64,000 nucleotides of DNA, taken from Chiloscyllium plagiosum. Lineage: Eukaryota. Of this stretch, positions 25,457 to 37,979 are shown one piece after another. The stretch covers positions 7,241,593-7,305,592 of the forward strand of contig NC_057759.1 in assembly GCF_004010195.1 (NCBI RefSeq). The letters run 5' to 3'. The position numbers and the translations under genes are program-made. How positions within the stretch are numbered: the stretch's first letter is position 1; each line of letters starts with the position of its first letter. Under the pieces are notes generated by a model, which was not told the DNA's origin, ran no database searches, and saw nothing but the letters and a program-made list of their open reading frames with translations.

Positions 25457-26842
25457 CTTTCGCAGAATATCTCGGCTGGATTTAAGGGACAGAAGAAAAA
25501 ACATGGATTACTATTTTTAATAAGAGCAGAAACTGCAGATGAGATTGGTGCATACACACATCTATCTGAATTGACAAGGGAGGGTGATCAGTGTAGTTAT
25601 GATTTGTTAGCTCGTGATGGATGATAGGTGGCTGGAAGTGAAACATTTAAAATTAAAATAGCACGGGACAGACAAAAGCTGTGGTAAAATTTCAAATTCT
25701 TCGCTTTGCCCTGTTGGGGGTGTAGAGACAGTACCAAGGTGATATCTTGAGTTTTTACGCTCAATGAACATTTCAATGTATGTACAAATATTACTGAGGT
25801 TGGTGTGGATCTCCCAGATTAGTAAATGATCAATTGCTTGAATAGTCGAGTTACTTATTATTTGTTAATTGTAATGACAAGAAGTGATTCAAAGCAACAG
25901 ATTTTTCGTTAAACAAGGACTCAGTGATTAATAATGCATAATATGCTTCATGAACCTTATAAGATGGGAGCCGCAGAAGATTATGTACACATAGACTCTG
26001 CTCAAAACAGTTCTGGCTACTCGACTAAGACATCAATATAGGAATAGGAGAAGTCTTTCAGCCCATTTAAGCAAATTAATTGGGTTGTAGCTGATTGTCT
26101 ACTTCAAAGCAATTTCCCACAATATCTGCATGCAATTGAATATTCCTTGGAGCTGTCCATTTCTATCTTGAATAGAATAATAGAGTTTCCATAGCCCATG
26201 AGGGTAGTGATTTCGAAAGGTGACAACACAGTTTTGGGGAACAGCTTCCTCCTGATCTTAGTCCTACATGACCCACCCGTTATTCAGTGATCCAACACCA
26301 AAGGTGTTGGGACAGGATCGAGGAAGGCGTGAAAGTAGGAAGGGAAGTAAAACAAAAAGAAGCGGTGTTTGGAACATGACTGAAAAGTTCTAACAGGAGG
26401 CCAGGATTGGGAAACACAAACAGAAATGAAAGGGATGTGATAGCATTGGGAAAGGGTGCACATGAAAATTTATCAGGGTATTGCCTTTGGGGCTGGAGAG
26501 TTTCAGTTATGGAGAGAAATTGGACAGACAGTGGTTGTTTACCTCACACCAGAGGAGAATAAGTGTTTGGTGGTGTGGGGGGAGGGGGTATGACTGCGGT
26601 GCATAACATGACGAGAAAGCATGGATAAGGTAGTTATAAAGAAACTTTCCCACTATGATGGAGGGATTAATGACGGGAGGGGGTGGGGGAAGTAGAATAG
26701 ATTGAAAGTAAAGGGCAGGAGATTTCGATTGGGATGCAACAAAAACACTTTTCACTTAGAGGGTGGTTATGAATGTGCAACTCTCTGTAAGGTTGGGAAA
26801 GGCAGAAACGCTGATCATATGGAGCAAATATGGAGCAAATGT

Positions 26843-27016
26843 GGGCAGCACGGTGGCACAGTGGTTAGCACTGCTGCCTCACAGCGCCAGAGACCTGGGT
26901 TCAATTCCCGCCTCAGGCGACCGACTGCATGGAGTTTGCACATTCTCCCCGTGTCTTCGTGGGTTTCCTCCGGGTGCTCCGGTTTCCTCCCACACTCCAA
27001 AAAAAATGTGCAGGTC
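26843..27016 (+). mobile_element. 3'-truncated tRNA-derived SINE, unit A only
   Basis: GGGCAGCACGGTGGCACAGTGGTTAGC...GGTTCAATTCCC head; absent at paralogous sites ~42635 and ~54115. Confidence 0.85.
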
Positions 27017-28859
27017 AATAGATTGAAAGTAAGGGGCAGGAGATTTCGATTGGGATGCGACAAAAACACTTTTCACTTCGAGGGTGGTTATGAATGTGCA
27101 AATCTCTGTAAGGCTGGGAAAGGCAGAAACGCTGATCATATGGAGCAAATATTTATGTGTACATCTGATACAAAGGCTATCACCATGTGCTTGGAAAATC
27201 AGATTTGAGAATAATGAGGTGGTTGTTTTTTGACTGACACGCACATAATGGGCTAATGGACCTCTTTTTATTATTCTGTAGATCTCAAGAACTCGACGGT
27301 TTCTGTTTCTAGTGTCACTGTGCGATCTGATCGATAACCAACTTATTATGATTCCAGCAGAACTTTAATACTTTGACCACGATCCCTATTCATGATTCTG
27401 GGAATTAGGACTTTGTCATATGCCTTTGGATCTGTACTGAATGTGTCATAGAAGGAGGGGATTTAGTGGGATCTGATGGTGATTCAAAGAATACTAAGAC
27501 AGAGTTTGCGGAGATGTTTCCACAAATAGGAGAGACTACAACCCGAGGACAGTCCTCGGGGTGAAGTGACAACTCACTTAAACCGAGAAAAGGAGGATTT
27601 TTTTTCAAACAAAGAGTCATGATTCTGTGGAACTCATTGCCGTGGAGGACAATTCACGGAGTGTCTTTAAGACAGAGAGAGGTTAGTAAGGGAATCAAGT
27701 GTTATGGCGAAATGACACACGAATGCAGTTGAGGAACACATCAGCTATGATTAGGTTTTGCTCCTTTATCTTATGATCTTAAATAACCACTTTTACAATC
27801 CTTTGCTGCTGCCAAACAGGATACAGCCAATAAAAGCTATCACTGGTATTCTGTAGGACGTCAGTCAAAATGCACACAACAATATTCCACAAACAAATGT
27901 TATAATGATTAGTACGCATTTCTTATAACAATGATTTAGCTACAAGGATTGATTTCAGTGAGACGTTCCTGCTCTCTCTGTATTCTTTTTTAAATTAAAG
28001 TGCAATTGTATATTTATTTTGCTTCTGTGGAAAGAGTTTCCCTGTGCTACCATCAACAGATTAAAACATCAGTAAAATGTTTCTGTTGCTTTCATCGAAA
28101 GCAAAAATCGCACTTAGCTATATTTCTGTATCTAAAAACATTAAACACTACATAACCTCTTAAACGCCGGACAAACTATTATCAAGTTGGGTGGATAGCC
28201 CTCACCTCTGGATTCTTGTCCTACATCTAAAAGCTGTACAGAGTGTAAAAAGTATTTGTGACACAAACTTAGCACATACCGGCTCGAATGTCTTGTTGAA
28301 GTCTTACTCTCAGTACCGTTCTGTTCCCTGCTTATGCTGCATATCTGCTCGATAAAAAACCAACATACAGTGAGCAGGAAATAATGGTTACATTGAGCTT
28401 TCGAAAATAGTCACCTACGTGACAGGCCAAACTGTGAACTCCATCCACAATTTAAGAACTAAGCAACGATTATCAGGTAACATTCTATTTCCATTGGGTA
28501 TCAGTAATTGTAGCTGTGAATATGTGAGCGTAGATCCATGTGTCCATCAATAAAGTCTGTGAGTGCATGAGAGAGAGAATGTACATGTGTGAGTGAATGA
28601 GAGTGCAGGTGTTTGCGTGTAAGACAATATATATATATGTGCACATATATGTCTGAGAAATTGAAGTTTGTATTTTCAGACTGATAGAATGTGTGTTGAA
28701 ACTGTATGCATATATACGTGCACGTGCGAATGAGTGAGTTTGTTTTCAGGCTGACAGAATGTGTGCCTGTGAGGGAAAATGTGTGCATGTATAGGAATGT
28801 AAGAATGAATAAGTGTGTGTTTGTTACAGAGCAAGTGTGTGTGCAAGAGAGAGCTAGAC

Positions 28860-28892
<33 letters not shown>

Positions 28893-31800
28893 TACTGAGT
28901 GCATATGTGTTTGCTGATAAGAGATGTAGAGTAAACGTTACAGATTACCAACAAAGACAGTGCTGGAGTAACTCTGCAGGTCTGGCAATATCTGTGGAGC
29001 GAGCGAGAGAGAAAAAAAGAGTTAAAGTTATCGGTTACAAACACAGAAAGTGGTGAAGAAACTGAACAGGCCTGGCACCATCTATGGAGACAGAATGAAG
29101 AAGAGTTAACGCGTTATGGGAATTTTGAATTGTTGTTGGACTTTACCATAAATTCTTAATGATTGATCCATCTCAGAATTCCAGAATGTTTAAGAAAAAT
29201 TTGAAGATTAAATCTCTCTCTCTCTCTCTCCACAGATGCTGCCAGCCTGCTGAGTATCTCCAGCACTACCTGTATCTCCAGGCTTGAAGGTTAACTCTGT
29301 GTCTCCTATCAACATTCTGTCTTTCTCTTTTGCACGGATGCAATTTCTCTCCAATGCACAAAAACTCATGCATACACGCACAGATGCAGATATTCTCTCT
29401 TACACAGACAGACACACACACACAGAAACTGTCATGCTCACAACGCACACTATATTCCCTGACATATTGATTTACACACATACACTCACTCACACAGACT
29501 TTTTTTAATACACGCACATGCACATAGACAGACAGACCCCCCCACACACATACACACACATACACACAGAGACACATACACACTTGTGTGTCATTTTGAA
29601 AACGCGCATCACACTCTCTAACACATTCATTCACACACATGCACTCACTCACGCAGACTCTTTTTAATAGATACACAGACACATACACACCGCCCACATA
29701 TAAAGCCAAAATGATTGCTTCATTTGCTGATGCCTAATCCGATATGTCTGAAGACGGAATTTTGCCTGATAACCGCTGTTGCGTTCTGAAACTGTGCCTG
29801 AAGCTCTGTTTGAGATGTCACGTCGGTGACTATTTTTGATAGCTCACTGTGAACTGTTGCTTCCTGCTCACCGAGTTTTGGTTATATTTATTTTTCACTT
29901 GTGTAGAGATCCTACTAGTGTAGTGCACAGAACGTACTAAACAGAAAGATTCAAAGTACAATACATTCAAGCAAGTAAATGCTGAAATGTTGTCCAAATT
30001 CGTTTTGCAATCTGTACAGTTCTTAGTTATAGGAATCACTTTCCAGAGGTGAAGCCAGTCTAACTTGATGACATTTTATCAGTAGGATAACATTTATATT
30101 CCCATTTACTATTTTTTACACACAGAAATATAACGATGTGCAAATTTCGTTTTGGATAACTGAATCAGAAATATTGAACTGACCCATTAATCAGTTGACA
30201 GTGACACAGGGATGAAAAATAAATATCCAATGTCTCATTAAAATAAAACAGGAAGAGAGCAGGGAACATCTTTATAATATCAATAGTTGTGGCTTACTCA
30301 ATCAAAAAAAAGTTTGTTCAATCATTTATTTGTGGAATGATTTTGTGTGCATTTTGACGACTGACTTTCTTATATTTCATTAGATGTAACCTGTTTGACA
30401 GCAGCAGAATCTTGCAAAAAGGCATTTTTTAAAGACCACAAGATATAGGAGGAAAACTCAATCATCTCTGAAAAGTTTCTCAAACACATTCTCCCTTCAT
30501 TCTCACGATCACGAATAGGATATCGTTCAAACTTTTAAAAGCATCTTACGTTCAGAATAGGACGGATACTGATAAGATTCGATGGTGGCTCTAGACAGGA
30601 AAAATGGTGTCATGGAGACCTACAACACTGGAAGAAGTCCATTCAGCCCAAGAAGTACGTGCTAGTGAAAACCACCGATCTCACTATTCTGGAATCCCAT
30701 TTTCCCAGCACTTGGCCCATAGCCTTGGCATTACAAATGCATATCTAAATATTTCAGTATGATGAGGGTTTCTGCTTCTTCCAGCCTTACATGTAGAGAA
30801 TCCTAGGTTCCTCACCACTCTCTGAAGCTCCTACCACTTATGTTCAGTCTCTGTTTTCCCCAGCCCATTGTTCATCCCTCCATCAAGAGGGAAAAGTTTC
30901 TTCCTGTCTACTGCGTCTATGCTCCTCATTGTTTTATCAAACCCTTTCAATCTCCCGTGGTATAACAGAAGTGGCCCCATTCTGTCCAATCTCTCTCCTT
31001 TCCTGAATCTGACCTACGCCCAGGGTAACATCGTGGTAAATCTCCCACTGCACACTCTCCCAGTGCTATCACATCCTGCTTCTTCGACGTTTTTTTTTCT
31101 CCTCGCCCCTGCGCTCCTCTCAAAACTTCCCTGTCATGATTCAAACAATCAATCAATTCTGTTTTACTCGCGTTCCCACTTTGCCACTATCCCAACACAT
31201 TTGCTGTTGAATTTCACAAAAAGCGATAAGTCATTTAAGATTGAATGCAAGATGGCACTGTTCCCGAAGAGAATGTTGAGATATTTGGAAATTGCTATTC
31301 TTGAGGGTTATAGAAACGCAATTCTTGAGCATGATCAAGGAAGAAAGGGACAACTCAAAAGGTCATTCATAGCTATGGAGATACTATGGGAAATTGTCTT
31401 TGAGGTAGACTATGACCTATGACAATTGATTCACTTGAATGGGTCGAATAGCCGTATCATATTTTGATATTCAAATGTTCTACAAACAGCCACAAGGATA
31501 TACATCAGAGCTTATGAGTGGATTACGTTCTTTTGCTCCCAGGCCATATTCTCTGCACAGCAGATCAAGTGCCAGTAATTTCTGCCTTACAGTTTTCCCA
31601 TAGATTTTCCACTGTGAATTATTTCGTATTGATAATAACATTGAAAACAATGCTAAATAATTCATCTATTCAGTTAATTGATAATTTTCAAATCTAGAAA
31701 TTCACACTATTATCAATAATATTTGAACATACATAAAAACTTTAATCGAACGTAAAAATGAAATCAAGACAACCCCTCGACGTTTTCTCTGCCCTGTCCG

Positions 31801-32059
31801 ACCACCTCCAAAAACAAGGGATTTGAATTTTGTAACACTTTTGTCTGTCCCATGTTGTGTTAAGTTTAAACGTTACACGTTTAGTCCCCAATGATCCATC
31901 AGTATCTAATCAGTCATAAGTACACTCATCACATTCCTTTGTCGATTCAGTTTTGTGTGTACATTCATCGCCTCTGTAGATTCTACTCTTATTTTAAATA
32001 TTAATTTATTTCTCTTTTCCCGTCTATGCCCTATTTCCAGCAGTGATATTCTCTTAATG

Positions 32060-35000
32060 ATGTACTTAATTACGTACTTTATTTTATTTTGTAAGTAGTG
32101 TCATGTCTCCTTTTCATCAAAGTGCGAATTAAGTATCACAATTGTAAAGGAGGGTAAATGTTGCATAAAAACAAGACACTGTCGGACACAGGAACTTTGA
32201 AAAGAAAACACGAAGATTTGCTGAAGAAACTCAACATGTCTGGCAGCATCTGTGGAATGAGAGAGTGAAACAGAGATAACATCACAGGTATAAACCCAGA
32301 GTGCTGGAGATACTCAGCAGGTCTGGGAAAATCTGTCTGGAGAGAAAGTGAAAAAACCGAGTTAAGGTTTTCGGTTAAATACACAGATGGTGTTGGACAG
32401 TCTCAGCATGTCCGGCAATAACTATGTGAGGAGAGAGAGCAAACATTTCTTTTTATTCCACTTAATTTATTATTGCCACATGTGCTGAGATTCAGTGAAT
32501 TGAATTGTTTTGGTGATCAGACAAATCATAGCTTACATTTGTACATCAGGGTAATAGACCAGAATGCAGAACAGAGAGTTATGTCTGATATCAGTAACCT
32601 TTCTTCAGACCCATAACACCTCGTGTTATGAACAATGAAATTGATAATATAATTTATGTGAAAAATCAAAAAGGATGTGCCTTTACTTTAATTATTGCTT
32701 GTTTTGTGTTTCTGAGCATTAAAGGTTGTCAAATAACCTTTTTTTAGAAAATAAGTCAAATGCCAAGAAACAGTTGCAATGAGTGTTGCTGGAATAACGG
32801 CATTTATTTGTTCCTTGGTGTGATTGAAATGAATAAAACTGCCATTGTACATTTTTTCTATTTATTTCCACTTCACGTATAATGACTTCTCTCGCTATTT
32901 CTTCAGGCTAGTAAAGTTATTTTTATGCGAAAATCATGGCAGTAAATGGAAATTCGAAATCAGTACAACGAAGCATAAATGACAACCAGAATATGGATAA
33001 TTTCATTGGAATACAAGATCTTCTTACGTAGACACTGGGAAGAACGTCACAGCAAGACAATACAATTCAGAGTCCGTTATAAAGTAGGCAATTTGCTACA
33101 TTGCCTTGTTGGTACAGTAATGGCATAATGCAAAGACTTTGAAGCATTGGAACATCTTTTACCTGTCCACTGCTGCGATAGGTTTTAACATTATGCTTTT
33201 AGTCCTGTATGATGCACCACGACCTATTCAATCAAAGATTCATCAGGGTCAAAACAACACTCATCACCTTCCCTTGTCAATTCAAGAAGCTGCAGATCCA
33301 CCCTTACAGAGAGGAGATTAAGTGAATATTAGACAGCATTCAGACAAGATACTCAGACAAGGGGTGGCACAGTGGCTGAGTGGTTAGCACTGCTGTCTCA
33401 CAGCGCCAGGGATTTGTATTAATTCCAATCTCTGGTGACGGTTTGCTTGGGGTTTGGACATTCTCCTTGTGCCTGAGTGGGTTTCCTCCCACAATCCAAA
33501 GATGTGCAGTTTTTATGAATTATACATGCTAATTTGCCCACAGAATCCAGGGATGTGTGCTTTGGATGCATTAGTCAGGGGTAAATGTAGGGGAATGGGA
33601 CTGGATGGGTTACTCTTTGGAATGTTGGTGTAGATCATTTGGGCCAAATTGTCTGTTTCCACACTTTAGGGAATTCTATGATAATCTGAAATTGAAACAG
33701 GATTAGGCCATTTGGCTTCTCAAACCTGCTCTGCATTCCATAGAATCGCAGTAGATCCAATATTCCTCACGTGTGTTTTCTTGCTCTATTCCCCTTAACC
33801 CTTGATTCAGCTCTCTATGGCAAGTACTTCCAAAGATGCACAGTCGTCTGAGACAAAAGAATCCCACGTCAACTTAATTGTCATCCCTTCATTCTGAGTC
33901 TGAGCCTCCTGTTTCTAGACTCTCCCGTGAGGTTTAAATATCATTTCCGAATTGACCCTGTCAAAATCCTGTATGTTTCAATTGGATCACATTTGATTCT
34001 TTTAAACTGCAATGAGTAGAGTCTGAACTGTTTAACTTGTAAGACAAAAGTACAATTGGAAATATGCGATTATAAACTGGGAAAAATAGCTTAGAAATAA
34101 TAAAAATAAATCAAGAGGTCTCAATATTTATACCAACGCTATGAACCCAGAGATTCAGATAATGTTCTGATGACCTGGGTATGAATACCACCCTGGCAGA
34201 TAGTGGAATTTGAATGCAAAAAAAATGTTATCCGTTATTAAAACATTTATGACAATGGCAAACTGTATTGATTATTCACTGTAGGTACGGAAATCTGCCC
34301 TCCTTATCTAGTCTGGTCCTACAGATGTCTCCAGACTCACATTTTATCTGGCTGACTCTTCATTTCTCCTCTGGGACTGGATACTGAAAGCTCTGAATAG
34401 GGTCGCTGTAGAGCAGATGTTTCCACTAATAGGAAAGACTACAATCTGGGCACGTGGTTTCATAGTGAAGGGACAACTGAGATGAGAAGGAATTTCTTCA
34501 GCCAGGTAACGGTGAACTGGTAAAACACATTGCAGAGAGCTGTGGCAGCCATGCCACTGAGTATATTTAAGGCAGACATAGATAAAGGAATTAGGTAGAA
34601 AAGACAGATTGGCAAGTAAATCAAAGTTTACAGGGAGAAGGCAGAAAATGAGTTTGAGGAACATACCAGCCATGGTCAAATGGTAGAGCGATGTCCCAAA
34701 TGGTCGATTTCTGCTTTTATATCCTATGGTCTCATGGGAAATTAATGGTGGACAAGTGATGTTTATTAGGTAAAAACAATGACTGCAGATGCTGGAAACC
34801 AGATGCTGGATAAGTGGTGCTGGAAGAGCACAGCAGTTCAGGCAGCGACCGAGGAGCAGTAAGATCGACCTTTCGGGCAACAGTCCTTTATTACCTATGA
34901 AAGAATAATACACACAATCCAATTATAGTTTTGTGGTTCTCAAAATGTTAGAGAGCTGTGCATCAAATCCTCTGATCTCCAATATTTGTGAACGTCTTAA

Positions 35001-35706
35001 GGATGTACGACCCATCCCAAAATTAGCAAATTAAGATAAAAGAAAACATTTATATATCTCCATCCAACTCCGCCGCCACCCCCGCTCGCTAACTCTCCCC
35101 CTCCCCCCAAGGATCTAATCGTTTCTGGAACATAACACAACAGATCTAACTCCTGTTCACAGAGCTAAGACACTTTCCTGGCGATTTTGTGGGATCTGAA
35201 ACCCAGGGTTCTCCTGGCTTAGAAATGGGGACTGCATCACTGGAACCTTGAAGACTTTTGTTCTGTACCGTCTCTCCAAAAAACTTGTTGATCGCAAATA
35301 TACAACGTGCATGCGCTTGTGAGAAAGAACGCCTGTGCGTGAGAGAGAGATAGAGACACAGAGAGAGACAGGGGGAGAGAGGGTGGGAGGAGAGAGAGAT
35401 GCGTGCTAACATGAAGGTCAAAGGAAGTTGAAAATCACGCTGAGGCGGTCGTTAGAATCTGTCGTGCGAGGTGAAACTTATCATTCTCTGCACATTTCAC
35501 AGCATCTCTGAATATTTGTGGGTTTCTCTATTTCGAAGCAGCGAACTGGAGGCTATTTCTGGAGGGCAGATGAGCGGCAAATTGTGTTTCACTTCCTTTG
35601 CAGTTGCAGGCAGTGTGAGAGACATACACATTTGGATGCAATCTGAACGAAGCTGGGAAGCTGGAAGCTTTGCAACTCAGTGATCTATTGCATTTTAGCA
35701 TAATAA
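32060..35706 (+). pseudogene. Inverted 5' cassette, unit A plus strand: S1 32060-32090 (MYLITYFILF, intact donor), degenerate S2 ~32871-32906, frameshifted D1 35417-~35706
   Basis: Homologous by eye to S1/S2/D1 of the intact gene; S2 lacks acceptor AG; D1 (GQRKLKITLRRSLESVVRGE.../IILCTFHS...GKLCFTSF) is frameshifted with no donor; no D2-D6 follows. Confidence 0.8.
33361..33680 (+). mobile_element. Older SINE shared by all three units (also 47445-47760, 60806-61125)
   Basis: Same head, core and flanks in A, B and C, so it predates the triplication. Confidence 0.8.
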
Positions 35707-37477
35707 ATAGACATATGGTATATTTGTGTCAGGCAGAATATGTTAACAACGTGCTGTGAGAGAGCTATAGAGGATCCATGATTAGAAGATTTGCAAACAA
35801 CAGCAAGGTAAGTGGTATAATAAGCAGCTTAGAAGATTGTCACAGAGGTCAAAGGGAACGTAAACAACTGGTGCAGTTGGCCATGAAATAGCAGCTGTAG
35901 TTAAATTTAGATAACTGCGAGGCGTTGCACTTTGGTAAGACAATGTACGGCAAGACCTACGCAATTAAGTTTCGGGCCCTCGGGCGTGCAGTCGAACACA
36001 GACACTTCGGTTTGCTGGAACATAATTCATTGACGTGGCGTCACAGGTAGAAAGAGCGGTGACGGAAGCATTGGGCATGCTTGCCTTTTTCAGTCAGAGC
36101 ATTGAGAAATTCACTTAGGACTTCATGTCAAAGTTGAACAAGACTGCAATAGGACCACATTTGCAGGACTGCATACAATCTGGTCACCCTGTTATTGAAC
36201 TGGAAAAGATGCAAAAAGGAATTACGATGATGTTACAGAGATAGAAGTTTTTGAGTTATAAGGAAAAGCTGGATAGGTTGGGACTTTATTTCATTGGAGT
36301 GTATAAGACATTGTGTCGAACTCATAGAAGTTTATAAAATCATGAGAGGCACGCATAACGTGAATATCCAAGGTACATTTCTCTGCGAAGGGAAGCCCAA
36401 ACGTAGAAAGCACAAACACAAGTTAAGAGAGGAGAGATTTAACATGGAACGAGTTGAGAGGAAGTGGTCAACGTGGATACAATTACAACATCGCAAATAC
36501 ATTTGGACAGGAACATGGAAATGAAAGTTTTGGAAGGATTTGGGCCAAAAACAGGCAAACGCAGCTGCTTTAGTTTGGGAAACCGGGTCAACATGTAAGA
36601 GTTGGGTTGAAATTTCCTGTTTCCATGTTGTATGACTCTAAGACTCTATTGGGCAATAATGGGCAACTGTAACAACATGGAGAACCTTCCCCTAATTGTT
36701 TAGAAATGACCAAAAATCAGAAGGCATTTTAGATCTTTTATTGATAGATAGAAAGAATTGCATGTTTCAATTTACTTGAAAATAATGCAATCAAACGTAC
36801 ACGTTGACACTCTTAAGGATAGATGTGATGTTAAGCAACAGGGATTTCACAATTCCCTGACTTTTCAAGAATATAATTCCTGCCATCGATTCTGGCTGAT
36901 CTCTCTGGTGTTACTTTAGAAAATCACATAATTATTCTGGTGCAGAAAGAGGCCAGTCTCTGCAACACCCTTGTAAATCTTTTCTGCACAATTTGCAGTT
37001 TATTAACATTTCTCCTATAGCAGGGTGACCAAATTCGAACTTATCCATGCCGTGTACAGCTGTAACGTGAAGCCCCAACTCAATGTACTCAATGTTTTGA
37101 CCGATGAAGTTCAGTGTGCCAAACGGCTTCTTTACCACCCTTTCTACTTGTAATACCACTTCCAATGAACTATGCAACTTCACCTGTACGTTTCTCGTGT
37201 CGACAATACTCCCAACAACGTCATCATCAATTGCGTAAGTCTTGCCCTGGTTGGTCTTAACAAAATGCAACATCTCACTTTCACCTGACTTGAACTCCAT
37301 CTATCATTCCCCAGTCCACTGGCCCACTTGATCAAGATCCCGTTATAATCTTCTGCACTGTCGAGTATATCACCAACTGTCGTGTCATCCGCAAGGCTAC
37401 TAACCATGCCTCCTACAAAAGCATTTTTTTATTTTAAAAATGTCATTCTACCTCATACGAATGTTGCAAACACTTAC

Positions 37478-37948
37478 CGATCACGTTAAGATGCAGTGGA
37501 TCACTGTGTTGCATAACTTCCCCAGCTCCTCTCAGATTGTATACAGACGTGTACATTTCGGTTACACTGGGGCCAATTTCAAAGGGAGCAGAACACAGTT
37601 TGCCAGTCGTCCGCGCTCCAGAAATAGCCTTTGCTTTGCTGCTTCTAAACAGAGAAACCCAAGAGTTTTCACATCTGCGGTGAAATGTGCAGAGAATTTT
37701 AATATTTTCAACTCAAGTGACAGCTTCCAATGAAAGTCTCATGACAATATTCGGCTTCCTTTGACCTTCACGTCAACACACACACACACACACACAATAG
37801 CCTTTGCTTTGCTGCTTCTAAACAGAGAAACCCAAGAGTTTTCACATCTGCGGTGAAATGTGCAGAGAATTTTAATATTTTCAACTCAAGTGACAGCTTC
37901 CAATGAAAGTCTCATGACAATATTCGGCTTCCTTTGACCTTCACGTCA

Positions 37949-37979
<31 letters not shown>

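Larger units (their letters stand above)
21460..36950. repeat. Segmental duplication unit A (about 15.5 kb, internally palindromic)
   Basis: Colinear with 36950-49300 and 49547-64000, including shared TE remnants and unique sequence. Confidence 0.9.

Noticed and set aside
26843..26915. tRNA gene
   Set aside because: A/B boxes belong to a SINE head repeated many times in the window; followed by SINE core.
30868..31422. 184-aa ORF with a 198-aa counterpart at 58368..58964
   Set aside because: The 5' part is antisense CR1 3' sequence and the rest mirrors LINE-like remnants at ~26050-26500. Similarity reflects the segmental duplication; no domain or splice structure recognised.
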